Assembly (NCBI GenBank): GCA_950097015.1
Contig: CATNEN010000001.1
Span: forward strand, 16,120,001-16,184,000
Direction: 5' to 3'
Source: Macrostomum hystrix
Lineage: Eukaryota; Animalia; Platyhelminthes
DNA: 64,000 bases
Shown here: positions 50,131 to 63,500 of the stretch, piece by piece
Layout: the number at the start of each line of letters is the position of its first letter
How positions within the stretch are numbered: position 1 is the first letter of the stretch
Program-made: the position numbers and the translations under genes
The notes under the pieces: generated by a model
The model's database searches: none
What the model was told of the DNA's origin: nothing
The model's input: only the letters and a program-made list of their open reading frames with translations

Positions 50131-50851
50131 GAGTGACGTTTCTAGCGCCACTGACGTCAGTTGCTATTTTTAGAAACCACGTGATACCAAAATCAATATA
50201 TAAGTCGCTGCACTTCAGTCAATCACGATTACAGCATCCTGGAATGCCTTTGTTTAATATTTTTGGATTGAATTGTCAGTCTAAGCTTGTTTTCAATAAT
50301 TTAGAATACTTAGTTATAAGAACAAATACGTTTAGAAAAAATTGAAAAAGTCTCCTGAGGGAAGAACATTAGGTAAATAAAATTCTTTTAACGTTAGAAA
50401 TACATTTTTCTGTATGAAATCCCATTCTAAGTTTGTTTCTTACAATCGATTTTTTGCTCATTGGACGCGCACGCTAGTTTAACTGAAATTACTGTATGCC
50501 GTTTTTTAATTATATATCGTGTATCTGCATATCTGTATATTTTCCAAATCTTACTATTAAGAACCATTTCTTGCTCAACCAATTTAGCTTGCCTTTGAAA
50601 TTTTTTACATTTTACCTAGTTTGTTCCGATTGTTTAAAGGGACTCCTTTCTATTTGTCTCAGTGTATTCGAAGTATTTTTAGTTTCATACTGTTAATTTT
50701 AACTATATGATATTGATAATATCTTTGCTGTATACCTCTACATTTGTAAAATTTGTAGGAGTTGGTAAAATTATTGTAGATAAATATATATACAAATTGT
50801 ATATTTTGATATTGTTTGGTACCTTTCGAATCCTAAGAGAACAGTACAGGC

Positions 50852-52513
50852 ATGCCTTACGATGTTTTTATTGAACTCGATGGTAGAATTTTGAGGCTTG
50901 TGATCGAATCGACTAGCTACGACAATGCAGTCAATTTTGTGTCGGGAGGTAAGTGATCTTAAACTCTAATATTTGAATCTTCGAATATTATGTTTATTAA
51001 GAACTTTTTCAATTAAAATCTAAATTTTCTGTAATTACACAGCAACTGCTTTTTTTGAGGACGGATCCGTTAAGCTGACCTTGAAGGATACGGAAACTGT
51101 GTCGAGCAGGGTCGTTAAAATTTTGGACGACATTGACGACTCACGAGTCCCCTTTATATCCAATGAGTTGTGCCGAAATTTCAACACAATATCCGAAGTG
51201 ACACAGTCACAGCAAACCAATGAACACACAAGAAATTCCATTGTCCAACCGTGGCATCTTACGTAAAGAGAAATGTTCCTTAAGTTGGCCATTCAAGCAA
51301 ATGTTAACAGGCTAGATGGTATTCGTCCTGCCGAAAAGTTCGACAAAATAGCGCGAGAGATTCGTAAAAATGGGTTTCTTCGAACCATCTCTCAATTAAA
51401 GGCCCAGTGGTACAATGAGAGAAAGCGCTTCTGGTACGATATTGTGTTTCAGTTCTGAACATTCTCAACACGCAGCATTTAATGAATTTTATAAAGATTA
51501 GTACTGTTTTTACACTCTGAACAAATCTAGGCTATTCAAGCATCCTCCCACTGGTAGTTCGACTAGCGAATGCAGCTACTAGCGATTCGACTAGCTACTA
51601 GCTACTAGCGATTCGACTAGCAGCTACTTCGACTAGCGAAGGCTATTCAAGCATCCTCCCACTGGTAGTTCGACTAGCGAATGCAGCTACCCATTTGCTG
51701 GGATAATGGAAGAGTACATGGGTAACAGCCCATTAGTTCAACCTCGGGTGCTACTTTCGTCAATTAAAGTAGCATCAACATCTTACAATGACTCCTCGGC
51801 AACGAAGGAGTCGACATCCATGCTTCGCAGTCGATCGACAGCGTCAACAGAGAGAAGCAGCTGTGGTAAGGCAATATTAGGTTTCTACATTATGCATCTT
51901 ATCAAGCATGCATGCACGATTCCCTCTAAAACTAAAAACATGTGAATTAGATCCCCGCCTCAGTGCGTGCAGTAAACAGTGGCAAGCCTTGTTGTCTGAA
52001 GAAGACAGGAATCAAGAGACAACAAGCGAAGTCGCACAACAGCCATCAATGATTTCTGGTAGGAAGCTTATAGTAAATTAGTAATAAACTGGCACACTTT
52101 TAGTAGATATGTGATTAAAGCAGTCCAAATGTATTTCACTGATAGAGTAAACATGATTAAGAATTACATATGTCATCTTAATTATACTCTCTGCTCCAGG
52201 GACAAGTCATTCTAGAAAGAGAAGAAGTGGTGCTGCTGAGTTGGTCCACACTATTCGAGGGTTTCAGGACTCCACAACGACAGCCATTATACGCATGACA
52301 ACAAAGGCAACAGAAGCTGAGGCTTCGAACAAGCAGCTCATGCTTAGCCTAATGGATAGAATCACGCGAATGGAAGGACAACTGGAGATCCAGCGGGAAC
52401 GTCTCGAAGTGGAGAGGCTGAGACTGGTGAACGAAAGGCACGCATTAGAGATCAGGGAGAAGGAAATGAATTTAATGGAAAAGATGCTGGAATTTTGCAA
52501 TCGCAACAAGTAA
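50852..52513 (+). pseudogene. Myb/SANT (trihelix-like) DNA-binding gene of a PIF/Harbinger transposon, multi-exon, disrupted
   Basis: Exon 50852-50948 with GTAAGT donor; W...FDKIAREIRKNGFLRTISQLKAQWYNERKRF; PPTGSS...YPF..IMEEYMG; coiled-coil tail. In-frame TAA at ~51264 and a local duplication at 51530-51690. Confidence 0.75.
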
Positions 52514-52894
52514 CTCTAACAGTTGATATAACGCGCAAGATCATACACTATTACATTATTGTAATTACAGTCAAGCCGTTGTCGTTGTCGAAAGCAGAGG
52601 AAACTTGAATTATAACAGCTAGGTTCTGTCTTAAAACAATTGTTCTGACGTTTGAAAGTGACATAGTTAAGTTAAAGTAAAGTAAAAAATAAAATTCCTT
52701 CTGTTCCTTAAGCTGTATTACTGACCGGAATATAAAGCACTTTGTATCGTTCTTACTTAAAAATTGATTGACGGAAGTACTAGCTCCAAAATAAAACGAT
52801 GGACTCGTAAATTAGCTCGTATAATAACATAACCGCTGAGTATAGTCACTGTCTGAGCCATATAGAAGGGGAATCGATAGAGTTTCGTATTTGT

Positions 52895-53866
52895 TTAGTC
52901 AAATTTTAGCGAGAAATTATGTAGACAGCATATTGCTTCAATCATTTTACAAGCAGAATCCACTTTCTGTGTTAATTTGGTTGATTCGCTGCCATCGTCT
53001 TGATAAAATCCCGAATGTCTTCTCGACACACTGTCGTAGTTTACTCAACTTTTTATTATATGCCATTCTTCCTGGAGACAAATTACGTCCCTTAAACGGT
53101 GTTAGCAGGATATCGGAACATGGGTAGGCGGAATCACCAATAAGCTTAAATCCCCATTGAAGTAAAGCATCGAAATGATGACGGAGCGGAGAATTTTGAA
53201 ATGTTCGTGCATCGTTAGATCTGCCAGGCCAACCGATGAAATAGTCTACGATAAGGGTTGTACTCGTACTTACAACTTGAAGCTTTATTGAGTGAAATTG
53301 CTTTCCATTGTAGTACGCTTCACCATTATCAGATGGACAACGAATCCTGACTTCCTTCACATCGATTGGACCAATTATATTAGCCGTAAAAAAGTTCCTA
53401 GATTGTTGAATAAATAACCGTGCATGCTGATGGCACTCTTCTTCAGATAGGATCCGAACTAGATCACTACAGAAGCCACTTGCAGACATAGCAGACAAAA
53501 CTCTGCGAATAGCGAGGCAGAGAGTGCTTTTAGATAAATTGAAAATTGTGCTAATAGATTCGTATGACTCCTGTGTTGCCATATAACGTAAAAAACGAGG
53601 ATCATTGTGATTGCGCTCGTGCCAGTTGACGAGTTTAACGAGAGAAAGGTAGAAAATTTTAGAACTAAGGATTGAACAGCAGAGCGTGGCAACCTAAAAT
53701 AATCGTGAAACTGCAAGTCATTAAAGTGGTATACAGTATCCTCAATAAACCGATCAACCTTTTTTCTCGGTTCTTGAACAGCATGAGATAAAACTACTTG
53801 TACATCACTAACTGCATCACATTGTTGCTGCACTAACTCGAGTACTTCCATACAAACAGAATCCAT
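52895..53866 (-). pseudogene. PIF/Harbinger (HARBI1-like, DDE_Tnp_4) transposase with two frameshifts
   Basis: FHDYFRL, IIGPID, YYNGKQFHSIKLQVV, GWPGRSNDARTF, LIGDSAYP, YNKKLSKLRQCVEKTFGIL..RW, then in a shifted frame ICCLHNF; frameshifts near 53592 and 52963. Confidence 0.9.
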
Positions 53867-54019
53867 TTATACTACAGGAAAAATAAAAAAAAACAGAAGA
53901 AATTGAACACATTGAGCGATGGACTGAAGACACAATTATTTTTTACAATAATAATTGTATGATGAAAGCATAAACACTCAAGCAAGAAAATATCGAACAA
54001 GCAAAAAGTTAGGTTATAC

Positions 54020-54590
54020 CCGGTGTAAAAAGCATCGTCGAAAAGACGTCTTTTCGACACCTACGGTCCGATCTAACCCTATGACAGCTCAGCTAAAAAA
54101 AATCGAGTTAGCTGCTGAAAACGTCTTAAGAGGTCTTGATTTCAGTTATAAATGCATTTAAAAGATGAAAAAATGTGTACTTCGTACAGTCCGATTTTAG
54201 TCCGAAAATGGCCGACGCGTCGACCGGCTCCAAAATGGTCCGATTTGAGTCCGAAAAAGGCCGACGAGAAGGACGATGTTCCAAAAAAAATTACTCGTGA
54301 GTTAGCTGCTAAAAACGTCTTAAAAGGCCTTGATTTCAGTTCTAAATGCATTTAAAAGATGAAAAAATGTGTAATTCGCACAGTCCGAAATTAGTCCGCA
54401 AAAGGCCGACGCGTCCGCGGTCCGTTTTGAGTCCTCAATAGGGCGACGAGGAGGACGATGTTCCATAAAAAAATTCTTGAGTTAGCTGCTGAAAACGTCA
54501 TAAAAGGCTTTATTTTCCGTTACTTATGCATTTAAAAGATGAAAAATTGTGTAATTCCAACAGTCCGATTCCAGTCCGCAAAAGGACATT
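54020..54590 (+). mobile_element. Putative DNA-transposon terminus with ~180-194-bp subterminal tandem repeats
   Basis: CCCGGTGTAAAA start; GAGTTAGCTGCT.AAAACGTC recurs at 54105, 54299 and 54479; many GTCCGA/GACG motifs, as in CMC/EnSpm-type ends. Confidence 0.55.
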
Positions 54591-56129
54591 TTTTGATCTA
54601 CTGTACAGAACCTAACATGCTTAAAATACTACTCGTATTTAAACGTTAGTAGTACAGCAAGTTAAATGTTTGGTTTGTATAATCGTAATATTTAGTTTTT
54701 AGATATAAATTATTTACTATACATATACTTACTGTTTTACTGATCAGTGAGAGCTAGGACATAAAGTTTGTGTGCATCAGTGAAACAATTTACGAGTATA
54801 TAGTGGAATCATCAAAATATTCTGAGCGTGTATACAATTCGATCTGGTCGGCCATGCATATTCCGGCTGTCTGCAGTAAACCGCTCAATAGCCGTATAAA
54901 ATGATTGATACTGCGGCAACTGCTTTAATTGCATTACATCTCGAATAGCTATGTATTTAGGAGTATATAGAATAGGTAGAAATCGCATAATTGAGATAGT
55001 CCGTTTTCCGTCCGATTTGAGTCCGTAAAAAGGCGACGTGAATGTAAAATTTAACAAACACATGCATTTTGACCGCAGGCAATAAAAAGTTTTGTCGCAG
55101 AAGAAGCCAGTTGCACTAAACTTAATAAGAAGTCAGAATCAATTTTTTAGTTTCAAATTGCAGCTTAGAAACGAAAGAATGGCCTGAGCAAAGTTTTTGA
55201 AAGCGCATGCACTGCAAACTTTCACTTTGACCTGACCGGATCCTCAATTAATTAGCTATTATGTACGTGAGAATTCTCGATTCGATCAACGAATTCTCAA
55301 AAACTATTCACAGTAAGACACTACAATTCATTAGACAAGACAAAGTGAATACAAACACCGATATCAAACGATCGCCATCACTTTGTGGTTTATATATAAG
55401 TTAATTATTAAGTGAAAGTCTATTTGATCAGCAATGTCAGTGTAGCTTAGTTAGGATATATTATGAAGCTACAGGAATATTTTTTACAAAAAAGAGTGTT
55501 ATTTTAAAGCGCATAGTGTATATTTACTTTTATTTAGCAAAAAATCCATCTTTTTGCAACATATTATAATGAATTGTACCATGTGAGGCTAAAATGCCTA
55601 TATACTATATAGCTAGGTTACAATTCCTATTTTCTGCCCTAGATACTTCAAGTCTAACTTCTGTTTATTCTTGGGCTTTCACAAGTGGCTATTTTATTGA
55701 AACAGTGAAAGAAAGAAACTGTTATATAGCTATGATATGAGAACTAATTGTCATGAAAAATGTTTTATTACTTATTAGCTGGTTTAGGTATGTGGCATGC
55801 AGTTTTGGTCATGCTTAGGCATTAAGAAGCAAAGATCTGTCAGTCAACAGTGAGCTATAGTCAATCATGCCTTTCATAATCTTGGATGGCAGCAGCATTC
55901 AGGCTAGCTCTTGTTGGCCAAGCACCAGATACAGTAGAAGTTCCAGTAAGCTCTCGTACATGCAGATTGAGAATCTTGCCATTCCTTAACCTGTTTGAAA
56001 AGGATAAGGTGGTTAAGAGAGTTGTTGGTTAGCTTGTTGGTTTTAAATGTATTAAACAGAGCAGAAAAAAAAACATAGCACATATTATGTATAGGCTAAG
56101 TAATTAATATAATTTATTATACCTATCCG

Positions 56130-56710
56130 GCCAATTGTGCAGTATGGTCAACAGCACAGCCACAGCTATTGTGCAGCATACGCTCGTATCTAAAGGCTGC
56201 ACATGGCTGTTCAGTCCATGGACTGAGGGATGCCAGACCCACCTTCAGTTCCCCTAGTTAATATTGGTACCCATTTTACAGCTGGGTTGTAGCCAGCAGT
56301 TAGAGCGTCGGACTCGCATCTTGAAGCTTGATGGTTCGATTCCTGACTCCTATTTCAATTTGTGTGTCTAAGAAAGGCACTTAACTCTGAATTGCTTCAG
56401 TTCACCTAGCTAGCTATTAAATGGATGGGTACCAGTATTAGCTGTGGTAACTTATGGTGGGTGTAGCCTCCCCCCAGTCCATGGACTGTACTGGCTGTAG
56501 TCCATAGCCGTACGCAGTCTTCAGATGCGCTGCAAAATAGTTGCAGCTGTGGTTGTGCTGTCGGCTCCACATCTGGCGCAATAGTGACAGGTGTAATTAG
56601 TTATTGCATTATTATTACTTTTATAACTGGGTGAACTGAAGCAAATAAGTTAGGCGTCTTGCCAAAGGGCATAAATTGTACTAGTAGAGTTGGGAATCAA
56701 ACCCCCCACC
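56130..56710. mobile_element. Nested SINE family B: full plus-strand copy (~56288-56617) inserted in a minus-strand copy
   Basis: Host is interrupted at TTTTACAGCTGGGT and resumes TTTTATAACTGGGTGAACTGAAGCAA; insert has a tRNA head (GTTAGAGCGTCGGACTC..GGTTCGATTCC) and an ATT-repeat tail. Confidence 0.8.
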
Positions 56711-57069
56711 CTAATTCCCGCTGCCTCATCTCTCCCATGTGTAATCCCTCTCCTTTCTCAGATTCCTACAGATAAAACGGCCGTCGTCTTTTAGGTTCTG
56801 TACGTCGCCCACAGGCTAATAAGTTTGCTGACCCCTAGCTGCTAAATACCATTGAACCAGACCAAATAACTCATGTATACACTGGGATCACTGGCTATGG
56901 TAGGACCAAATACTAGATACCAGTACAAGTAACTTCACTTGCCTTAACTTGCTGCTGTTTCAAGATCTACTACACCTCCATCTCTAAAGTTATCAGAGCT
57001 ACTAATAAATGAACAAGTGTTTTTAAACCAACCTTGTACATGGATGCAAATAACTAATAATTGATTAAA

Positions 57070-57275
57070 CCAATTGGGCCAGATGTGCAGCCGACAGCAC
57101 AGCCGGAGCTATTGCACGGCGCATCTGAAGACTGCGTACAGCTGTACAGTCCATGGTCTGGGGGGACGCCACACCCACCTTCAAATATCCCAGCGAATGC
57201 TGGTACCATTTAACAGCTGGGAGAACTGAAGCAATGCAGAGTTCAATTAGTGTCTTGCTAAAGGACACAAATTGT
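57070..57275 (-). mobile_element. SINE family B copy lacking the tRNA head
   Basis: Reverse complement of 56358-56580. Confidence 0.8.
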
Positions 57276-58132
57276 CTCACATGAATGCAGCAGACCAAAT
57301 AACCCTAGCTAGTACCAACAGCTGTCAATAGCTAATGAATGGCTATAATTTTTATGACACTTTAGGGTCTGACATACAAATGTGGTCTATGTTTAGTAAG
57401 CCTTTTAGTTCAAAATGCATTCATAGCACCTTTTTAGACAAACTGAACCTGTACACATTTATAATCGAAACCAATGGCTCAAAAAGCTAGTAGCTATCAA
57501 TTTTGGGTTAGGTGCCAAGTACGTATTTCACAAAAGGATCATGATTAGTCAAGCACTTACAATGTGACCAGTTCTCAGATGCACTGATGTAAGGAAAGCA
57601 GTTGCTAGGTAGTACTGCCTTAAGCCAGTCAAAAATGCCACCATTCCAGCTAGTGTGATAAGTACCTGCTCAATAATGTTGAATATGTTAATAGCTGAAA
57701 AACTTATTATTTTTAGCCATTTAAATTAGTCAGATAAAAAATATTCGAGCTACAATTGAAACAAGTAACTCACCAGTCAGCTGAATTTATTTATTTAATA
57801 GAACACTCTTGCCGAAACCTAGTCTTGTTTCGTCTGTCTTTCAATTTCTTTTATTTGTTTAATTTCTTCGAGATTCTTTTGATTGCTTCTCATTTGATTC
57901 CTGAGATTTCAGTGCTGAGTGCTCTTAAAAATCGATAATCATGCAAAGATCTGTTCATACGATCTGGATTAAAAAGATACGAATATGATAAAAACCAATT
58001 AATTTCAGATATCTAGTTTCAAGTTTCTGCTGCGATTCCTAGCTATTTTCAAGTTTCTTGCTGCGATTCCTAGCTATTTTCAAGTTTCTTGCTGCGATTC
58101 TTAGTCATTTTTTAAAAGCTGATGGATATTAA

Positions 58133-58192
58133 GCAGCAGCAGCACCAGCAGGCGCAGGCACAGGCGCAGCAGCAGGCGCAGGCGCAGCAGCA
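58133..58192. repeat. CAG/GCG-type microsatellite
   Basis: GCAGCAGCAGCACCAGCAGGCGCAGGCACAGGCGCAG... Confidence 0.8.
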
Positions 58193-60535
58193 GGGCCCTG
58201 GCTCACCGTGGCTTATAGAGCCACACACGGTGGGCCAGGGCGGCACGTGGAAGGTGAAGGTAGGTGCCGGGGCATCTACCAACTTTACCCCGCCCCGGCA
58301 CCTACCTTCCGGTGGAAAAAAATAAAAAGGTTTGTTAAACCACTTTTTGCTATTTTATACCAATAGTTCTTCGCAATTCTTGATAGTTTTTTTACAATTC
58401 TTAAAATATGCTTTTAAACATCCTAAAAAAGATATACCCGGTTTTGCAGGTTTTACTTTCCTTAAAAAACTTCATTTTGGTGCTAGGTGGTAAAACTAAA
58501 TCTCTTTCTAGCGATTAGCTACACGTCGTTTAACATGCTGCAATTCACACAACAAATGCTAACACAAAATTACAATAAAGCAAAATGCACTCACCTTTAA
58601 TATGACAGTAATTAAATGCTATAACGTTAGTCTTTTTGTCGTACGTGCCGCACTTCGTGTTTAACCATGCAGCTCATTGCATAAGCCAACTTCAAGCATT
58701 CGCTTAGAGTTGGATGCATGCCCTTGTTGCCATTGGATAAAGCATTTATTAAAGTTGCATATTTTTACTAAATAATGATATTTGCTTTGCATGCCAAATA
58801 TTAATTACGCATTTAAGCTATAACATTTGAGCCTTAAAACTCATTTTCGCCTTTCAGAGCATATGATAGGCGGATATAGCGCCAATGCGCCAACGATATG
58901 ATATATAGCGCCAACGCGGCCATGCAATATTAATAAGCTGCATTTTTGGATATCTATGCCTTCGTGTCTTTATTTATTTCACACTTATTTATTTATTACA
59001 TGCACTGCATGCATTAAGTATTTATAAAGTGCTGTAGCTTTGAACGACAACAAACATATTTATTGAGCTATTGCACCTTGCTTTGTGTTTCTGCACTTAA
59101 CATGCATGCATGCTTAGCTTCTCAGAATGACTTGATATAATAGCTGGCTATAATCGCATCTGTCCCTTAAAGGCTTGCTGAAATGTAGCTGAAATTCATA
59201 GTTGACAGGGATCAAATTTCAACCGAAAGCAAAAACTGTATACTGTCAAATTCCAATTTTAGTTTTCCCCGTTCCAGAAAATCCTGAGACGTGTGTTGCA
59301 AGGTGGTCGGCAGAAAATGTACCGACGATCGACATCGCTCTTAGCTCTTACCTCGGATGTACAGGTATGCAGTTACTTTCTTCTTAAGCAGTTTGAGTTT
59401 AAATTCACATTAGGAATTCAAAATGAGATAAATGAATTGATCTAACCCTCTGCAGCATGGGAATTTCAGTCAGCGTCGAGCACAAGTTTGCCCAGCGTCC
59501 CGGCTAGCTGCATCTGGCCGAGTTTAGCAGGTTAGAGAACGACAGCGACCTTCACGAACTCCTTGTCATGTCAATAGAGTTCCACGGCTGCACTCGCAAC
59601 AACGTTAAATGTGCTTTTTTGTTTTTTAGTTTATGAAATAATGTGCAGCAACTATTAGTTTATTTATAGTATAGCACTTATAAGTACTCGTAGATCTCAT
59701 ACTTTTATAGGAAACAGTCGGTCTCAATTACATGTCTTCAAAATCAAGGCTTAATTACAGATGATAAGTCATGCATGGACAATATGAGAAAACACAAGAA
59801 AACAGAACAAAACATGGCCGTAAGAAACAATAGTTTACATGAGTGAAGTAGCGCAACTGACAATCAGACAATCCGTGATGTAATTCTGAGTCATTGTCTG
59901 GATCATGTGATTTCTAGGGCAATGTAGGGATTTCTGATGTATTAATTAAATTATGGGATTTCTGATTTGGGTGTCATTTTGTCTCAGTCATGTTTCTAAA
60001 AAAAGTTTTACTTTCTCGTGGTCGAAGTGAAATTTGTAAAAGTGCTTGTCTCTTGGGTGGGTCTTGGTGATAAGCTTGTCCTCGTAGTAATGCCTCAGCG
60101 CTCGCTTCATCGTTTCAAAGCTTTCTCGATTTATAGTTTTACCTCTCGGGATTCAGTTACATTTCCGCGATCAAAGTTCATTGCCCCAGAATCTGTATGG
60201 CACGGCTTCAAGAGGAGAAAGAGGGAAGAGAAAACAATTATGGTAGGTGTCTCCGCTTTAGACAGCTAGCCAAGTTACAATACAAGTGAGCTATGCCACC
60301 CTAAAGAAACGCTTTGTTTGTCCAGTCTAGACTCTAGTGTACTTATCTCTGCTGCGTTTATTTCATGTTATTTTACTTGTCTCTCAAAATTTAGTTGGGT
60401 TGGGCCATGGAATTCCCCAATCCTGGAAGTAACACAGTGTTTTCACAAATAACGGTGGTAGACAATAATCATTATTTTTTTCTCATTGACATTGTCAATG
60501 ACACTGATCCCTTTACAAAGTCGGTAATATACGTT

Positions 60536-63500
60536 TATACCCGGTGTAAAAGTCATCGTCCGCCGGACGTCTTTCGGACCCCTACGGTCCCATTTTGGCC
60601 TTCGTCAGCTCAGCTAAAAAATAATCGAGTTAGCTGCTGAAAACGTCTTAAGATGTCTTTATTTCAGTTATAAATGCATTTAGAAGATGAAAAAATGTGT
60701 ACTTCGTACAGTCCGATTATAGTCCGAAAATGGCCGACGCGTCGACCGGCTCCAAAATGGTCCGATTTGAGTCCGAAAAAGGCCGACGAGAAGGACGATG
60801 TTCCAAAAAAAATTACTCGTGAGTTAGCTGCTAAAAACGTCTTAAAAGGCCTTGATTTCAGTTCTAAATGCATTTAAAAGATGAAAAAATGTGTAATTCG
60901 TACAGTCCGAAATTAGTCCGCAAAAGGCCGACGCGTCCGCGGTCCGTTTTGAGTCCTCAATAGGGCGACGAGGAGGACGATGTTCCATAAAAAAATTCTT
61001 GAGTTAGCTGCTGAAAACGTCATAAAAGGCTTTATTTTCCGTTACTTATGCATTTAAAAGATGAAAAATTGTGTAATTCCAACAGTCCGATTCCAGTCCG
61101 CAAAAAGGTCGTTTTTTGATCTACTGTACAGAACCTAACATGCTTGAAATACTACTCGTATTTAAACGTTAGTAGTGCAGCAAGTTAAATGTTTGGTTTG
61201 TATAATCGCAATATTTAGTTTTTAGATATAAATTATTTACTATACATATACTTACTGTTTTACTGATCAGTGAGAGCTAGGAAATAAAATTTGTGTGCAT
61301 CAGTGAAACAATTTACGAGTATATAGTGGAATCATCAAAATATTCTGAGCGTGTATACAATTCGATCTTCTGGTCGGCCATGCATATTCCGGCCGTCTGC
61401 AGTAAACCGCTCAATAGCCGTATAAAATGATTGATACTGCGGCAACTGCTTTAATTGCATTACATCTCGAATAGCTATGTATTTAGGAGTGTATAGAATA
61501 GGTAGAAATCGCATAATTGTGATGGTCCGTTTTCCGTCCGATTTGAGTCCGTAAAAAGGCGACGTGAATGTAAAATTTAACAAACACATGTATTTTGACC
61601 GCAGGCAATAAAAAGTTTTGTCTCAGAAGAAGCCAGTTGCACTAAACTTAATAAGAAGTCAGAATCAATTTTTTAGTTTCAAATTGCAGCTTAAAAACGA
61701 AATAATGGCCTGAGCAAAGTTTTTGAAAGCGCATGCACTGCAAACTTTCACTTTGACCTGACCGGATCCTCAATTAATTAGCTATTATGTACGTGAGAAT
61801 TCTCGATTCGATCAACGAATTCTCAAAAACTGTTCACAGTAAGACACTGAAATTCATTAGACAAGACAAAGTGAATATAAACACCGATATCAAACTCGCC
61901 ATCTACTTTGTGGATTATCTATATAAGTTAATTATTAAGTGAAAGTCTATTTGATCAGCAATGTCAGTGTAGCTTAGTTAGGATATATTATGAAGCTACA
62001 GGAATATTTTTACAAAAAAGAGTGTTATTTTAAAGCGCATAGTGTATATTTACTTTTATTTAGCAAAAAATCCATCTTTTTGCAACATTTTATAATGAAT
62101 TGTACCATGTGAGGCTAAAATGCCTATATACTATATAGCTAGGTTACAATTCCTATTTTCTGCCCTAGATACTTCAAGTCTAACTTCTGTTTATTCTTGG
62201 GCTTTCACAAGTGGCTATTTTATTGAAACAGTGAAAGAAAGAAACTGTTATATAGCTATGATATGAGAACTAATTGTCATGAAAAATGTTTTATTACTTA
62301 TTAGCTGGTTTAGGTATGTGGCATGCAGTTTTGGTCATGCTTAGGCATTAAGAAGCAAAGATCTGTCAGTCAACAGTGAGCTATAGTCAATCATGCCTTT
62401 CATAATCTTGGATGGCAGCAGCATTCAGGCTAGCTCTTGTTGGCCAAGCACCAGATACAGTAGAAGTTCCAGTAAGCTCTCGTACATGCAGATTGAGAAT
62501 CTTGCCATTCCTTAACCTGTTTGAAAAGGATAAGGTGGTTAAGAGAGTTGTTGGTTAGCTTGTTGGTTTTAAATGTATTAAACAGAGCAGAAAAAAAAAC
62601 ATAGCACATATTATGTATAGGCTAAGTAATTAATATAATTTATTATACCTATCCGGCCAATTGTGCAGTATGGTCAACAGCACAGCCACAGCTATTGTGC
62701 AGCATACGCTCGTATCTAAAGGCTGCACATGGCTGTTCAGTCCATGGACTGAGGGATGCCAGACCCACCTTCAGTTCCCCTAGTTAATATTGGTACCCAT
62801 TTTACAGCTGGGTTGTAGCCAGCAGTTAGAGCGTCGGACTCGCATCTTGAAGCTTGATGGTTCGATTCCTGACTCCTATTTCAATTTGTGTGTCTAAGAA
62901 AGGCACTTAACTCTGAATTGCTTCAGTTCACCTAGCTAGCTATTAAATGGATGGGTACCAGTATTAGCTGTGGTAACTTATGGTGGGTGTAGCCTCCCCC
63001 CAGTCCATGGACTGTACTGGCTGTAGTCCATAGCCGTACGCAGTCTTCAGATGCGCTGCAAAATAGTTGCAGCTGTGGTTGTGCTGTCGGCTCCACATCT
63101 GGCGCAATAGTGACAGGTGTAATTAGTTATTGCATTATTATTACTTTTATAACTGGGTGAACTGAAGCAAATAAGTTAGGCGTCTTGCCAAAGGGCATAA
63201 ATTGTACTAGTAGAGTTGGGAATCAAACCCCCCACCCTAATTCCCGCTGCCTCATCTCTCCCATGTGTAATCCCTCTCCTTTCTCAGATTCCTACAGATA
63301 AAACGGCCGTCGTCTTTTAGGTTCTGTACGTCGCCCACAGGCTAATAAGTTTGCTGACCCCTAGCTGCTAAATACCATTGAACCAGACCAAATAACTCAT
63401 GTATACACTGGGATCACTGGCTATGGTAGGACCAAATACTAGATACCAGTACAAGTAACTTCACTTGCCTTAACTTGCTGCTGTTTCAAGATCTACTACA

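Larger units (their letters stand above)
54016..57474 (+). repeat. Direct duplication, copy 1 (matches 60536-64000)
   Basis: Near-identical sequence at an offset of ~6520-6526 bp; both copies begin TATACCCGGTGTAAAA. Confidence 0.97.

Noticed and set aside
53585-53600. Programmed -1 frameshift at TTTTTTA in the transposase
   Set aside because: The heptamer is not in the X XXY YYZ register, and a second frameshift downstream indicates decay or sequence error.
58122-58325. Poly-Q/A ORF
   Set aside because: Short, microsatellite-derived, with no supporting gene structure.
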